Assembly: GCA_043228905.1 (NCBI GenBank)
Contig: JBHGNT010000021.1
Coordinates: 12,338,001-12,402,000, forward strand
DNA: 64,000 nt
From: Azolla caroliniana
Lineage: Eukaryota > Plantae > Polypodiophyta
Direction: 5' to 3'
Shown: positions 42,513-55,224 of the stretch, piece after piece
Layout: the number at the start of each line of letters is the position of its first letter
Numbering within the stretch: the stretch's first letter is position 1
Notes under the pieces: generated by a model
What the model saw: only the letters and a program-made list of their open reading frames with translations
Told to the model about the DNA's origin: nothing
The model's database searches: none
Program-made: the position numbers and the translations under genes

Positions 42513-45500
42513 CTCCAACCACATTTTACTCTTTTTTTCTTAGGGGTACCTTATTTTGAAAAATTAATTCTTCTTCCAAAGTTTGAAAAAAGAAATATTG
42601 TAAAGAATCGGATATTATTCTTGTGCAACGGAAGAAATGCGTGTTATGTGTATTTGTGAGAGGAAAGAGATGAGAGGAGAAAACACAAGATGAATAGATA
42701 GAATGGAAAATAGAATATTGAAGAAAAAGGTGTATATTCACAAGGAGAATATGAGATACAAAATGGTAGAATTACAAGGAGTAGGCGGAAGGTGCTTTAT
42801 ATAAGGTCACCCTCTCTCTTCATTAACTCATTACAACAACTACTCTCTCTTGGGGAATTTGAAAACTCATAGTCTAGGGAATATGGAACTCATTAGTTGT
42901 GTTATAAAATATGATTCTATGACATATAGTTAATGTGTAAAGAGTAGTGGTGTGACTCTTGACCTTTGAGTAATTATAGATTCTCAAAGGGTGTGTTCAC
43001 ACGTTGTAGTAAGTTGAGCTTAATTCTCAACACGCCCCCTCAAGCTCAACTCGGGTCGGTTCCTTTCGGTTGATGTCCGCTTCGGCTTGTACTCCCCCTC
43101 AAGCTTGGCAAGTCAGGGATCATCAATCCAAGGTCTGACATGAATTGCCGAAGCTTGTTGGCTCCTAGGGCCTTGGTGAAGATGTTGAATGTTTGAAGAT
43201 TCGAGTTGATGTGTTGAAGGTCACCATCTCCGGCCTGAATGTGCTCTCGAATGAAGTGATAGTGCGCTTCGATATGCTTTGTGCATGCGTGGAACACCAG
43301 GTTTCGAGCCAAATAGATACTGCTCATGTTGTCACAGTAAAGGGAAGTCGAATCCTTGATGGGAACGCCCAGATCCTTAAAATCCACTTGAGCCATATGG
43401 CTTCACATGCAACCATGACTGTGCCCCTGTATTCGGCCTCCGTGCTCGAAAGTGCAACGGTAGGCTGCTTCTTACTACTCCAAGATATTGCTCCGCTGCC
43501 GAGCGAGAAGACAAATCCGGAGGTCGATAGTCGATCGGCTTTGTAGCCAACCTAGTCGGCATTTGTGTACCCTTCGAGTCGAATTGGTGTGGCCGATTCA
43601 TAGAGAATACCATAATCCATTGTTCCACTCACGTATTGTAACACTCGCTTAGCACAATTGAAATGAATAATTCACGGGGATTGCATGATTAGACGTCATA
43701 TGGTTCGAAGCATTGGAGTTGAGGAACCATATACCTTCCGGACCGGAGGCACTAGTTGAAGTAGAAGCCGACATAGAATTTTCTCTATGTCTCATCACAA
43801 ACATTCTGCCATGAACGTCATAGTCGAAGTTGGTGGCGTAATTGGTGAGTTGTCGGCTAGTGGAAGCCAACTCACGCATCTTCTTTCGGCACTCTTCCTA
43901 ATGGTGGCCGATTTTGCCGCAATATTCACATTTGATCGAGGTTTGTTAGCTCGGACCGGAATGGAAGTTCCCCTTTCTTTTGAAGGTTCTTCGATGACTT
44001 CCGTCTTGTTGCCGAAATTGCGACTTGTTTTCGTAAGTTGGGCCTCGTCCGTCTCGTCCTTGGCCGAATCGACCTCTTGCTTGGCCGCGTCCTCTTCCTC
44101 TGTTCAAATGTGTGTAGAGCATGTGGCCTTCCGAGGCGTTGCTTCTTGTTCGAACATGGTTTTCTTCAACCAACAACATGGATTGAAGATCGAAGAAAGA
44201 GGGAGGATTCTCCCGTGCTAGTACGGCGATCCTCATCGCGTCGAACCATGGTGCAAGGCCGCTAAGGCATATTTGCACCATCTCATCATCGTCCACATTG
44301 ACGATTATTGAGCTGAGTGAGTCACAAAACTCCTTGATCTTCAAGGTGTAGCTTGTGATGGACATATCCCTTTGTTGGATATTATTCAACTCTAAGCGGA
44401 GTTGAAGCTTTCTTGCGGTTGTGTTGGCCGCGAAAATCTTTCGTAGATTCTCCCATGCTTCCTTTGGCGTCTCAGCTTCTCGAATGTAGCCAAGCATGTG
44501 ATCATGAACACATGTCGCCAAGCAATACATCACTCGGCTTGCTACTTGCTCCCATGTTGAGTAGTCAATGCTTTCGGGTCGGGTCGATTTTCTTGTGCTC
44601 CTTTGATGTAGCTCCAATATCCTTGACCGACAAGGTATTGGTGCATCTTGTACTCCCAAGATGCAAAGTTGTTTCGATCCAACTTCTCGCTAGGGAGAGC
44701 GCTCCCCATTTGATCATTCATTGTCGATAAAGCTTTCTTTCTTCTTTTCCTTCTCTCTCAAACACGAGCTACGTAGTTGCACTACGATAGTGATGAGCTA
44801 GTTCTTCTTAAACGTCGGCATAAAACACAACACACGCTCATCGGCTAGATCGAGCTACCAAACCGCTTCGATACCATGTAAACAATCGGATATGATTCTT
44901 GTGTAGTGGAAGAGACGTGTGTTATGTGTATTTGTAGTGGAATTGATTCCGACTAGGTTTTCCACCTAGCCGGAATCTAGCCAGTTCATATTTTATGAGC
45001 CGGCTATTTATATAGATTAGAAAAAGGTTTTGTATATTTATGTAAATTTTTCTTTTCCCCCTCTTTTTCCCTATTCTTCCATTTTTTTTATTGTTCACGA
45101 ATCACTGCTTTCCCTCTTCATGTTGCTCCCTGCTCCCTGTCTGTTCCATTCTTAGCGTAGTGTTGCTCCATTCTTTCTTCTTCGCGTTGCGTTCTTCCAT
45201 TTTTTGCTACTCTTTCCTTGTTCCTTGCTCGCTCATTGTTGATTGCTCCTCCTTGCTCAGTTGTTGCTAATTGATCCTCTTTGCTCGCTTGTTGCTGATT
45301 GCTCCTCCCTGCTCCCCCATTGTTGATTGCTCCTCCTTGCTTGCTCATTGTTGGTTGCTCCTCCCTCCTTGCTCGTTGCCGATTTCTCATCCCTGCCTGC
45401 TTGTTGCCACTCTACCACTCTAGTATGTATGTTTGTCTTTCTTTGTTTATGAATTCTCTCTATTTTCCCTTTTTTTTATCTGTTTTCTTTGTTTTCAAAT

Positions 45501-46961
45501 AACATAACCATCTAAATAAGTTATGACACTCGAGAATAAGAGTAAATAGACTATGAATGCTTCATATCCACGTGATTGAAAACTTACAAATGTAAAATAA
45601 CTAAATGTTTGTTGCATTCCAAATTAACGATTTGCACTTAATTGTGTGCTTGCAATAACATTATTAAGGCCATCAAATTATTGCAAGTTTTATGTTTACA
45701 TTGTGCAAAATGAGGAGGCTCTAGTAAATCTATTTTATGGCTGCCCTCAAAAAAATATTGAATTCGTATAATAGTCATGAAGACTAAAAACATCTACAAC
45801 ATTGTTATTTGTCACGTTTGCTCATGCTAAAATCGTGCCATTCGTGAAAGCACACAAATCACCTAATTGCAAGGAACGAGTGATAAAGTCATGTCAAGGT
45901 CCTCTAAGTTCCATCAACCATAAACCCTTCAAACGATGAGGAATTTACATTCATGCAAGGAGTATATGTTGGAGAATGCATTGAAGGAGTTTCCTTTGCA
46001 TGCCATAGTGAGTTTCACTAGAAGAAGTGTGCAATGTTTGATTTCACATTGACTTGAACTTTCTATATGGCATGTGATTAGTGTTCATAATGAAAACCCA
46101 CAATTTGTTTACGACTTAGGCTGAAGGAGGACTCTATATTGGATATACTTAAAATAGTATACAAAATAAATATATATTATTCTAAGGATTACTTGTGGAT
46201 GTTGGTTGATTTTATCCAGTTTAAAAGACTTGAAGGTATGGTTGGGAATGTAATCGTGTCAATGAAAACTCACATTTGGTAGAATCTTTGTGTTTCGATC
46301 TCTAATATCTTAAATTTTTTGCCAAATGTTAAAATGATGTGCTTGTTTTTTTATTCTTTATTACACCAAGCTCTAAAAATGTATCAAGATTTACTTATAA
46401 GTATTATGTTTGTCTTTTGAATATAAATCAATATAATTGTCACGACTCACAACATAATATCTAATTTTGTATCTAGATTCTAGATAGATATACACCCACA
46501 TACATAGATATATTTCATGCAGAGACTTAATTGTAAAACAAAGAATGTCTATTTCTCTATACCCAAGTATCCGCACCAATGTTTGATTGTCAAATGTGTT
46601 TCATTTATTACAATCCTTTAGATTGAAGAAGATGGCTCTCCGCATGCCCCAAAAGTTGGTCAATTTTAGATATGCTAGCTGAATTTTACACTATCAATAC
46701 AATCTTCCATCATAGTATTCGTACATTTTAATACAAAGTCTGATCAAATTCTTGATTTTCTTTTCATACATGTTATCACATATGTACAAATTTGCATGAC
46801 ACAAAATTTTGTAGCAAGGACATTTATCTTTAATGACAATATCAAGAGTGTTTGATTGATCAATTGTTCATGACAAAATGTTCATTTTATTGCATTTGTA
46901 TTGTCCTCTTGTTTTAATATATATACACTACCTTTTTTCTCTTCATCATTTCCTTCAATAT

Positions 46962-49900
46962 TGTGAAATGCTCAAGATGTGAAATGCTCTCAAGAATAGC
47001 TCCCTTTCCATTACGTTCTAAGTTACATTTTATAGACTACTCTTAGCGTGGAGGGTGTTCTCCCGCTCCAATTAGCTCTTCTAATTATGGGGCTTGGTAG
47101 GGGCCTAATTTGGGTGTGGTCCATGTGACCGCCACAGTTCCCCCTTGTAAAAAAAAGTTATTGTGCGGTCGGATCGCGACGGGGCGTGGACGACGGTTCT
47201 AGGTGGGGGAATGACACGGGCATGGGCGTGGGCGTGGGCGTGGGCGTGGGCGTGAGTATGAGGGTGGGCGGGGGCAATGGTAGTTGATGGAAGGGCTTCA
47301 TGCGAGACTGGTGGGCAAAGGTAGAGCGGTTGTTAGAGGCGTGGCGGAGCAGATATGTAGTGTCGCGTATTTGCTTTTGAACTTCAAAGGGACCGATCCA
47401 TCGGTGCATGAGCGACTCGCTGAGGCCGCGACGACAGATGGGGAAATAGACGAGGACTTTGTCGCCGACGTGGTATATATGGTTGGCGTGGCCTGCATCG
47501 TGTTCTCGTTTTTGGCGTTGCTGTGCTTGTTGCAAGTTGCTCATGATGGCTTTGCGGAGGAGGGGCTGGAGTTGTTGCAGGTGGGACCACCAGGACACTG
47601 CGTCAGAGTGGAGTCATGTGATTGGTTGTGGGACTGCCACTTCTGGGGGTAAGCACGGGTCCCTTCCGTAAAGGGCCCGAAATGGGCTAATGCGGGTGGA
47701 GGCTTGCACAGTTGTGTTGTAGGCATGCGTAACGAAGGGCAATATCCGGTCCTAGGTCGAGTGCAGCGGATCGATGTAGGCCGTGATTTGTTGTTTTAAG
47801 GTTCGATTGAGGCGCTCCGTCAATCTATTCGTCTATGGATGGTAGGGTGACATGAATAATTGTTGGATTCCTAATTGTGTAGAAACTAGGCGTAGGAACT
47901 CGCTGTTGAACTGGGGTCCTCGATCGGACAAGATTTGGAGTGGGCACCCATGGGGGAAGATGTTTTTCTCCAATAGTTTGGAGGCGATGGTCATAGCCTT
48001 GGCATCTGGGATAGCGGTCGTCTCAGCCCAACGTGTCAAGTACTCGGTTATGACGAGGATGAATTTGTTCCCTTCTTGTGACTCGGGAAAGGGGCCCATA
48101 ATGTCCCATTCGACAATTTCAAATGGAGCTTGAACTTGTATTGGATGTAAGAGGCCTTGAGCCACTTGAGGTGATTTGATGGCTTGACATAAGTTGCATG
48201 CTTTGATGTAGGAGGCGACCTCGTGGCGTAGCCCCGGCCAATAGAATTTGCAACGGATTTTGTCTAACACCTTATGAAAACCCAAGTGGCCGGACAACGG
48301 GAGATCGTGGAAGAAACGAAGGTAAGACATGCGCAGTTGCTCAGGCACGTAGACCCGGGGTTCCTTGCCTACTTGGCAAAAAAGTAGGACATTATCCTGG
48401 ATCATGAATTGCTTGGTGAGGGATGATGTGGGCTCGACTCGTAGGCGGTAGCAGATGTCTGGATTTTTTTGTCGTGTTGTTGCATGTTGGCTATTTGGGA
48501 TGAGGATATGGGGAAATTGATTGTGTCAGAGGCGACCTGGTTCGCCTGAAAGGATATGTGGGATAATCCATCGGCGACGATGTTTTGGGGACCACGGCGA
48601 TAGCGCAACGTGAATGTGTAATCCTGTAGCGCCAAAGCCCAACGGAGTAAGCGATCGGGTGGATGAGCCTTCTTTATGAGGGAGAGCAATGGTTGATGGT
48701 CAGTTTCGACTGATGTATTTGATCTGTGTAGGTATGGGTGGAAATGATGGAATGCCCAGACGATGGCGAGCAACTCTTTTTCGGTTGTCGAGTAATTTTG
48801 TTCACCTTTTGTAAGTGACCAACTTATGCAGGCAATCAGGCATAGTTGGTCGTTGTCATCGGATTGGAGCAGGACCGCACCAAGGCCGACATTGGAGGCA
48901 TCCGTCTGCAGATGGAAAGGCTTCGTGAAATCAGGGTGGGCAAGGAGGTAAGAGGCTTGGAGTGTTCGCTTGAGCTGCAGGAAGCTGGATTCGCAGGCTT
49001 CGGTCCATAGGAAGGGTGTGTCTTTTTGCAGGAGCGCGCGTAGTGGAGCTGACAGGTCAGCTAGCCGTGGGATGAAGCGGAGAGAGAACGTGAGGAGGCC
49101 GAGGAAGCGTTGAAGCTGCTTGATTGTGGTGGGGCGTGGGAATTTTTGGACTGCTTCCGTCTTCTCTGGGTCCATTTGTACTTCGTCGAAGGAGATGACG
49201 TACTCGAGGAAGCGGAGGCGCGTACTACCCCATCGACACTTCTTCCATTGCAGCTGCAATCGATAACGTTGAACACAAGTGAGGACCTCCCGAAGGACTT
49301 GAAGGTGTTCCACCCAAGTGCTTGTATGTATCAGAATATCGTCTAGATAGACGATGACGACGTGGCAGGTATGAGATCATCGAAGATGGCGTTAGCCATT
49401 CGCTGGAATGTGCTCCCAACATCGGGTAGGCCGAAGGGCATTCATGTGAACTGAAAAATGCCTTTCCTAGTGCGGAATGCAGTTTTGTGGGCATCTTTAG
49501 GATTCATAGGGATCTGCCAATATCTCGAGGCCAGATCGAGGGAGGTGAAGTACTTTGATTTGCCGAGCTGGTCAAGGAGGTCCTCGATACGAGGGAGAGG
49601 ATATCGGTCATGGGTGGTGACATGGTTTAGTTGTCGGAAGTCAACACAAAAACGATAAGAGCCATCCCCTTTCTTTACCATGTGTGGCTCCGAGATCCAC
49701 TCACTCTTGGAAGGTGTGATAATCCCTTGTTGTAGCATATTTTTGACGACGTTGTCGATGCGCTCGTGGTCGAGAGGCGAGCGACGTCGAGGAGCTGCGT
49801 GGATGGGGCGGGAGTTGCCTGTAGGAATCATGTGGTGGATCAGAAAACGGACCGAGGGAGGTTTTGGAGGTGGTGTAGACAACGAGGGAAAGGTGGCTAG

Positions 49901-51398
49901 GAGCCATCGGATGTCGTGGATGCGCTCTGTTGGTGATACCAGGTACTGTGTGTTGCTGATGTGGGTGGTATCTCACGGAGTAGTGAAGAGCGCGATCGGA
50001 AGGTGATTGGGGAGGATGAGTTGTTGTAAGGAGAAATCGAGACAGGCTTGACTATGGAGGAACCAATCACAGCCCAGGGTGATTGGGAACAATTGGCGCG
50101 GGAGGACGTAGAAACGATGCTGGATCTGGGCGGAACTGATGGTGAGCATGCACATGACTTGCGTATGTGAGTGGTACACCCATTGTTGGTCGCCGAAGAA
50201 GATTTTAATGGGCGGTGTGTGGCTCGTGGGAAGTTGTAATTGGGTGACTAAATTTGCGCTGATGGAAGAGATGTTGCTGCCGGAGTCGAGGAGAACTTCT
50301 TGGGTCATGTGTTGGAGGCGGGTGATTGTGGTACAAACGGGCGAAGTTGATGACGTGGAGGCGTGGACATGTGGGGTTGGCTCGATCGTGGTATAAACGG
50401 GAGAAGTTGATGACATGGAGGTGTGGACGTGTTGGGGCGGCTCGATCGTGGGAGAAACGGGAGAAGTTGATGATGTGGAGGCGTGGACGTGCGGGGGCAG
50501 CTCTCCCTGCGGCACCCCACGCATTAGTTTTTTGGGAGCTCAGAGAGGGAGGCAACGTCGGCTAATTGGACGTTTTGCTTCTGTTGGTGATTTTGCCACT
50601 TTCTGCAGTGACGCTGAATGTGGCCATAGTTGTTGCAGTAGAAACATTTGGGGCGTCCCTGGCTATCTCGTTCGGGCAATGCACTCTTGGCACGTAATTG
50701 CGCGTTTTGGACGTCGATGTCCATGGGAGTGGCGCTTGGCATAGTGTTTGTATGATCGTGACTAAGATTACCTGGTGTGTGCATGTCGTGCGTGTCTTCA
50801 GCTTCGATGCGTTGGACGATGAGGATGGCTTCGTGTAGTGTCGTCGGGCCTTGATCACGTACACGGCGGCGGAGGTCATGTTGGATACGTGGCCAGAAGA
50901 AAAATAACTTCATGTCTTCCGACATGTTGGCGTCAGCCTGGCGTAGGATCTGCACAAACCGAACCACGAACTGGGTGATGTGTTCGTGTGGTTGTTGGGC
51001 AATTGACTCAAGTTGTTGTAGGGCAGTCTAGCAAGAGTCTTGATGAGCAAAATTCCGAATCATGGTTGCCCGTAACAGATCCCAGTCGTTGCGTGTCTCT
51101 TCGGGTTGTTGTATGAGCCATGTTGCTGCGATATTCTCGAGGAGTGTCTTCATTTCCATTGCCTTCCGTGGGTGTGGCCACTAGTGGTAACTGGCCACCA
51201 TTTTGAAATGATCCAACCAAGAGAGGACATCTTCTGAGATGTGAAATGCTCTCAAGAATAGCTCCCTTTCCATTACGTTCTAAGTTACATTTTATAGACT
51301 ACTCTTAGCGTGGAGAATGTTCTCCCGCTCCAATTAGCTCTTCTAATTATGGGGCTTGGTAGGGGCCTAATTTGGGTGTGGTCCATGTGACTGCCACA
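46962..51398 (-). mobile_element. Short-LTR Ty3/Gypsy element J nested in the hAT element
   Basis: LTRs 46962-47136 and 51240-51398; TSD atat; PPT caagggggaac. Gag CFYCNNYGHIQRHC, protease LLDSGS, RT YLDD, RNase H TDAS, integrase GHLG/SDRG/WIGPF; multiple stops. Confidence 0.9.
50325..50495 (-). repeat. 60-bp in-frame tandem repeat upstream of the J protease
   Basis: Encodes PHVHASTSSTSPVSPTIEPP about three times. Confidence 0.9.
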
Positions 51399-51842
51399 AT
51401 ATTGTTTGCAATATAGTTGTTCCCTGAATGTCTTTCACATTTACATACATGGATTTGTATGTGTGTGTAAGCTAATGTGAGCCATCCTCTTTCTTCTTTA
51501 TTTTTTGATAGATTGGAAGATCTATAGTGGAAACTTGTTCCTTATTGCCTCATAATCTTCAAATATCCCAGGTATCTTAATTTGTTTTTTCTCTTTGGGA
51601 AACATGGATTGTGTATGTATGCTTCGCCTTCTTGTAAATGGAACCCATAGATTATGTTAGTCCAACATTCTCTACATTATTGTTACAATATATCCCACAA
51701 CAAAAATACGAAAGGCAAAGGAAAGTAAATCAGCCTCTTTACAATGCCTAGTTTTAGGAAAAACTTGCCATCTTCCAATGAAGATGTGTCTCTAGAAGAG
51801 CCTATAAAGGACCATCAACACTTTGAATAATTACTTCATGAG

Positions 51843-53648
51843 ATGAATAGAATTAGTAAGGCCAAACTAAAATTTCAAGAAGATTGGCTTACTAAATTTA
51901 AGTGGCTTCAAGAGGATTTGGAAACTAGTCTTTTATGGTGTAGTTATTGTAGGAGTGATCCTCACTGTAAGTCTTCATTTGGCAAAATAGGTGCCAAAAA
52001 CTTTAAGACTTCTGCATTAGAAGAACATGCAAGAAGTGTGACCCATCAAGATGCCATTTTGTTACAAGAATGAGACAAGAATGGTCTTGAAAAATGTGCA
52101 TAAAAAAAAAACTAGTGTGGATGTAACAATTGAAAAATTGTTTAAATGTGTATATTTTATAGCTAAAGAGGATTTGGCATTTAGAAAATTGGAAAGCCTC
52201 TTACAATTGTTAAGAGAATGTGGTTTGGAAGGCCTTCCACGAATGTATAACGATAATAAGGCTTGTGCAAGCTTTATCTTGCACATTAGCAAGGCCTTTG
52301 AAGTTGAGATCTATGATAGGTTGAGGAAAAGTCCTTGGTTTGGGCTTATGGTAGATGAAGGTACTGATGTAAGCGTAACCAAGAACTTGATCCTTTATGC
52401 TACATTTGTGGAAGGAAGGCAAGTAAGAACCTCTTATTTGGGGTTACTTGAAGTAGAGGATGGTACATCAAACACAATAACAGAAAGCATTTTAGCCTTG
52501 TTAAAAAAGTGGAAGTTAGATGTTAGCAAAATGATGGGATTTGGAAGTGATGGAGCATTTGTTATGGTAGGTATGTCTACAGGTGTTGCTACAAGATTGA
52601 AGTCATATAACCCATTTATGACTTCATTACATTGTTGTGCACATCGAACAAACTTGTGTGTGCAAGAGGCTTCAAAGAACATTGAAGTCAAAGAAACATG
52701 CAAGTAGTTAGATGCCCTTGTGAATCGGGTGGTTGCACATTTCTCGAGGAGCTCAATGCGCCAAGGTGAATTAAGTAAGATGCAAGATGCATTAGAATAC
52801 ACACATTTGCATATTCTTGGGATTGTGACGACATGATGGCTTAGTTGGCATGTTGCTATCATGAGGGTATGTGATGTGTATGAACCCTTGATGAAGACTT
52901 TACAATTGCAAAGTGATGCATAAAATGCATTCTTAAGTTTAAGAAACTTCAAAGTAGTGTATATGCTTCACTTCCTTGTAGATGTACTTAAGATCATGTC
53001 AACGTTAAGTATGGAATTCCAAAAGGAATATGTGGATGTGACATGCATTGGAGGTTTGGCTATGATAGCCATTGGGGAGATAGAAGAACAATTTCTACAT
53101 CATGTTATGATAGATCTCAATGGTTTTGAGAAGGATAGCTATAATTATCCAATTATTCCAGAATATGGTAGAGAAAAAGGAATACTTTCAGTTTTAAGAG
53201 ATGTTATTAAAGGTAATATGTATAAAAGCATCCTCATGGATAGAAGTATTGATGGTGAGGACTTAATTGAAGCCTCTTTTTATTGTCTCTATTAATGCCT
53301 TAGAAATTCAAAAAATGGTAGATGGGAAAGTGTTTTCTCCCATAATTGATAATGATAAATTGTATGATGAATATGCAATTTTTCAAAAGGCAAGGTACCA
53401 CGCAATGGCTTGGAAGAGATTTCTTACATGTTTGGGGTATGATAAATTGTAATGATGTGTGGAAAGAAAAGTTACCCGAACTTCTAAAGCTTTCATTGAT
53501 AGGGTTAATTCAATGTTCTTCTACAACAACATTTGAGAGAGGCTTTAGTCTCCTAAATCTAATAAAAAAAAACTTTAGAAATAGGCTAAAAAACAATGTG
53601 GTTGATGCATTGATACGAATCTCTCTTGAAGGACCTGAACTAGAATAA
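51843..53648 (+). pseudogene. hAT transposase, ZNF862-like, with stops and frameshifts
   Basis: TTF-type Zn finger (WLTKFKWL..WCSYC..H..H), WFGLMVDEGTD, GFGSDGA, HCCAHR, and C-terminal dimerisation ERGFSLLNLIK..RNRL. Confidence 0.88.
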
Positions 53649-55224
53649 CATGATTTTAGTGCCAACATTTTGTTGTGGCGAGAAAGCATGGCATATCATC
53701 ATATTTTTATAGGAACTTCTTATGAGCATGATGATAACATCGAGGACTTCATAGAAGATATAGCTAAAAACTTTGTAAAATTGATCGATTTTGTTTTGGA
53801 ACTTTCTATATATTAGATCTAATTTGATCTAATATGTTGTTAATGCTACTTTACAAAGGTTTGAAAAGTGAATTCTATTTATAAAATTAGAATTTTTTTT
53901 GGTAAATATATATCTTTAGTTTTTGGGATCCAAAATTTTGTGATTGATTTGATTTGGTATTGCGCTAGATTATTTTTTTTGTATGTGGCCAAAAGAAAAT
54001 TTTAACATGTTCCAGTTGACATTGTCGTTGGTAGGAACGTGGTTGGCTAAAATTTAAAAATTACGGTTAGGTTCATGAGAAGCAAGAAAATTTCCGGTAG
54101 GGGCTACGGACTTTGCCCAACATTAGTCATGGGGAATAGGTAACTCATTAGTTATGTGTCATAGAATATGATTCTATGACACATAGTTAATGTGTAGAGA
54201 GTAGTGGTGTGACTCTTGACTTTTGAGTAATCATAGATTCTCAAAGGGTGTGTTCACACGTTGCACTAGGTTGAGCTTGATTCTCAACAAATACTATGAG
54301 GCCTTTTACTTTTTTATGGAATATAAATGTAAGATTAAGAGTTTAAATTATTTCATATGGTTTTTGTGGTTATCCTACACATATAGTAATTGAGGTATTC
54401 AGATCAAATCATTCTCTAGCCCACTCTATGTGGCATCATTACGCTCACTTTTACATTACAAAAATGTATCATAGTCATGGAGTCTATATATTTACCAAAA
54501 ACAAGTGTAACACATCTAACTTCAAACCACTTCAAATCTTGCATCCAAAACTATAAAAAAATCTTGTGTCTTCTGAATTTTTTTGCTTGCTTCCAATGCA
54601 ATTATAAATATGAAGTTCATTTATGTCTTTTGAAACTTACACATGTACTCTCACATCACCCTTTCTATGTCCTTGATCTCAATGTTATAAAAGCAAGACC
54701 ATATATGAAGTTTGTATCTTTACTTGAACCTTCGTAAAAAGGCACTTCCAAAAATATTCAAAATCTTTCCGAGTGGACTTTGGGGTTCTACCATGTCATA
54801 CTTCAACCCCCTCAAGAAACTCCAATGTCACCAAAGTGCTAAAGAAGTATATCTTGAGAATCCAACATTTTACTTCTTTATTTTGAGTGGCTAGTAGCAC
54901 ACTAGTAGTCTAGTTTCATCCAAGATTGAAACTTCAAGTCCATGGTATTCAAAGCTTTCTATTGCTTCAAGAATCTCATTGTACACAATGCATGGTTTTT
55001 CCTTATATTGAGCCTTCTCACATTTATATCGATGAGTGTAGTTTTCTCTCTTAGAGAAGGTGGCTATGTATTTTCGGACATTTACAAGTACAACCTTAGA
55101 CATTGAGTTATTTACACTCAAATATAGTGCAGGAAAGGTTTTTCCAAGACAATCATAAGCTTCTATGCATCTTCTAAAGTATGTGCTACAAGCGTCACAT
55201 CTTGTACATATGACAAAAGCATGA

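Larger units (their letters stand above)
44935..54125 (+). mobile_element. hAT-superfamily DNA transposon (decayed)
   Basis: Boundaries set by interruption of the element I LTR; weak termini tagtg/catta; no TSD visible; contains a transposase pseudogene. Confidence 0.65.
42599..54289 (-). mobile_element. Internally deleted Copia element I, 5' LTR split by a hAT transposon
   Basis: 3' LTR 42599-43032; 5' LTR pieces 44877-44935 and ~54124-54289; TSD aatat/aatac; PBS at 44865-44876. The protease start (WFLNSNASNH) is joined to the RT end/RNase H at ~43685. Confidence 0.85.
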
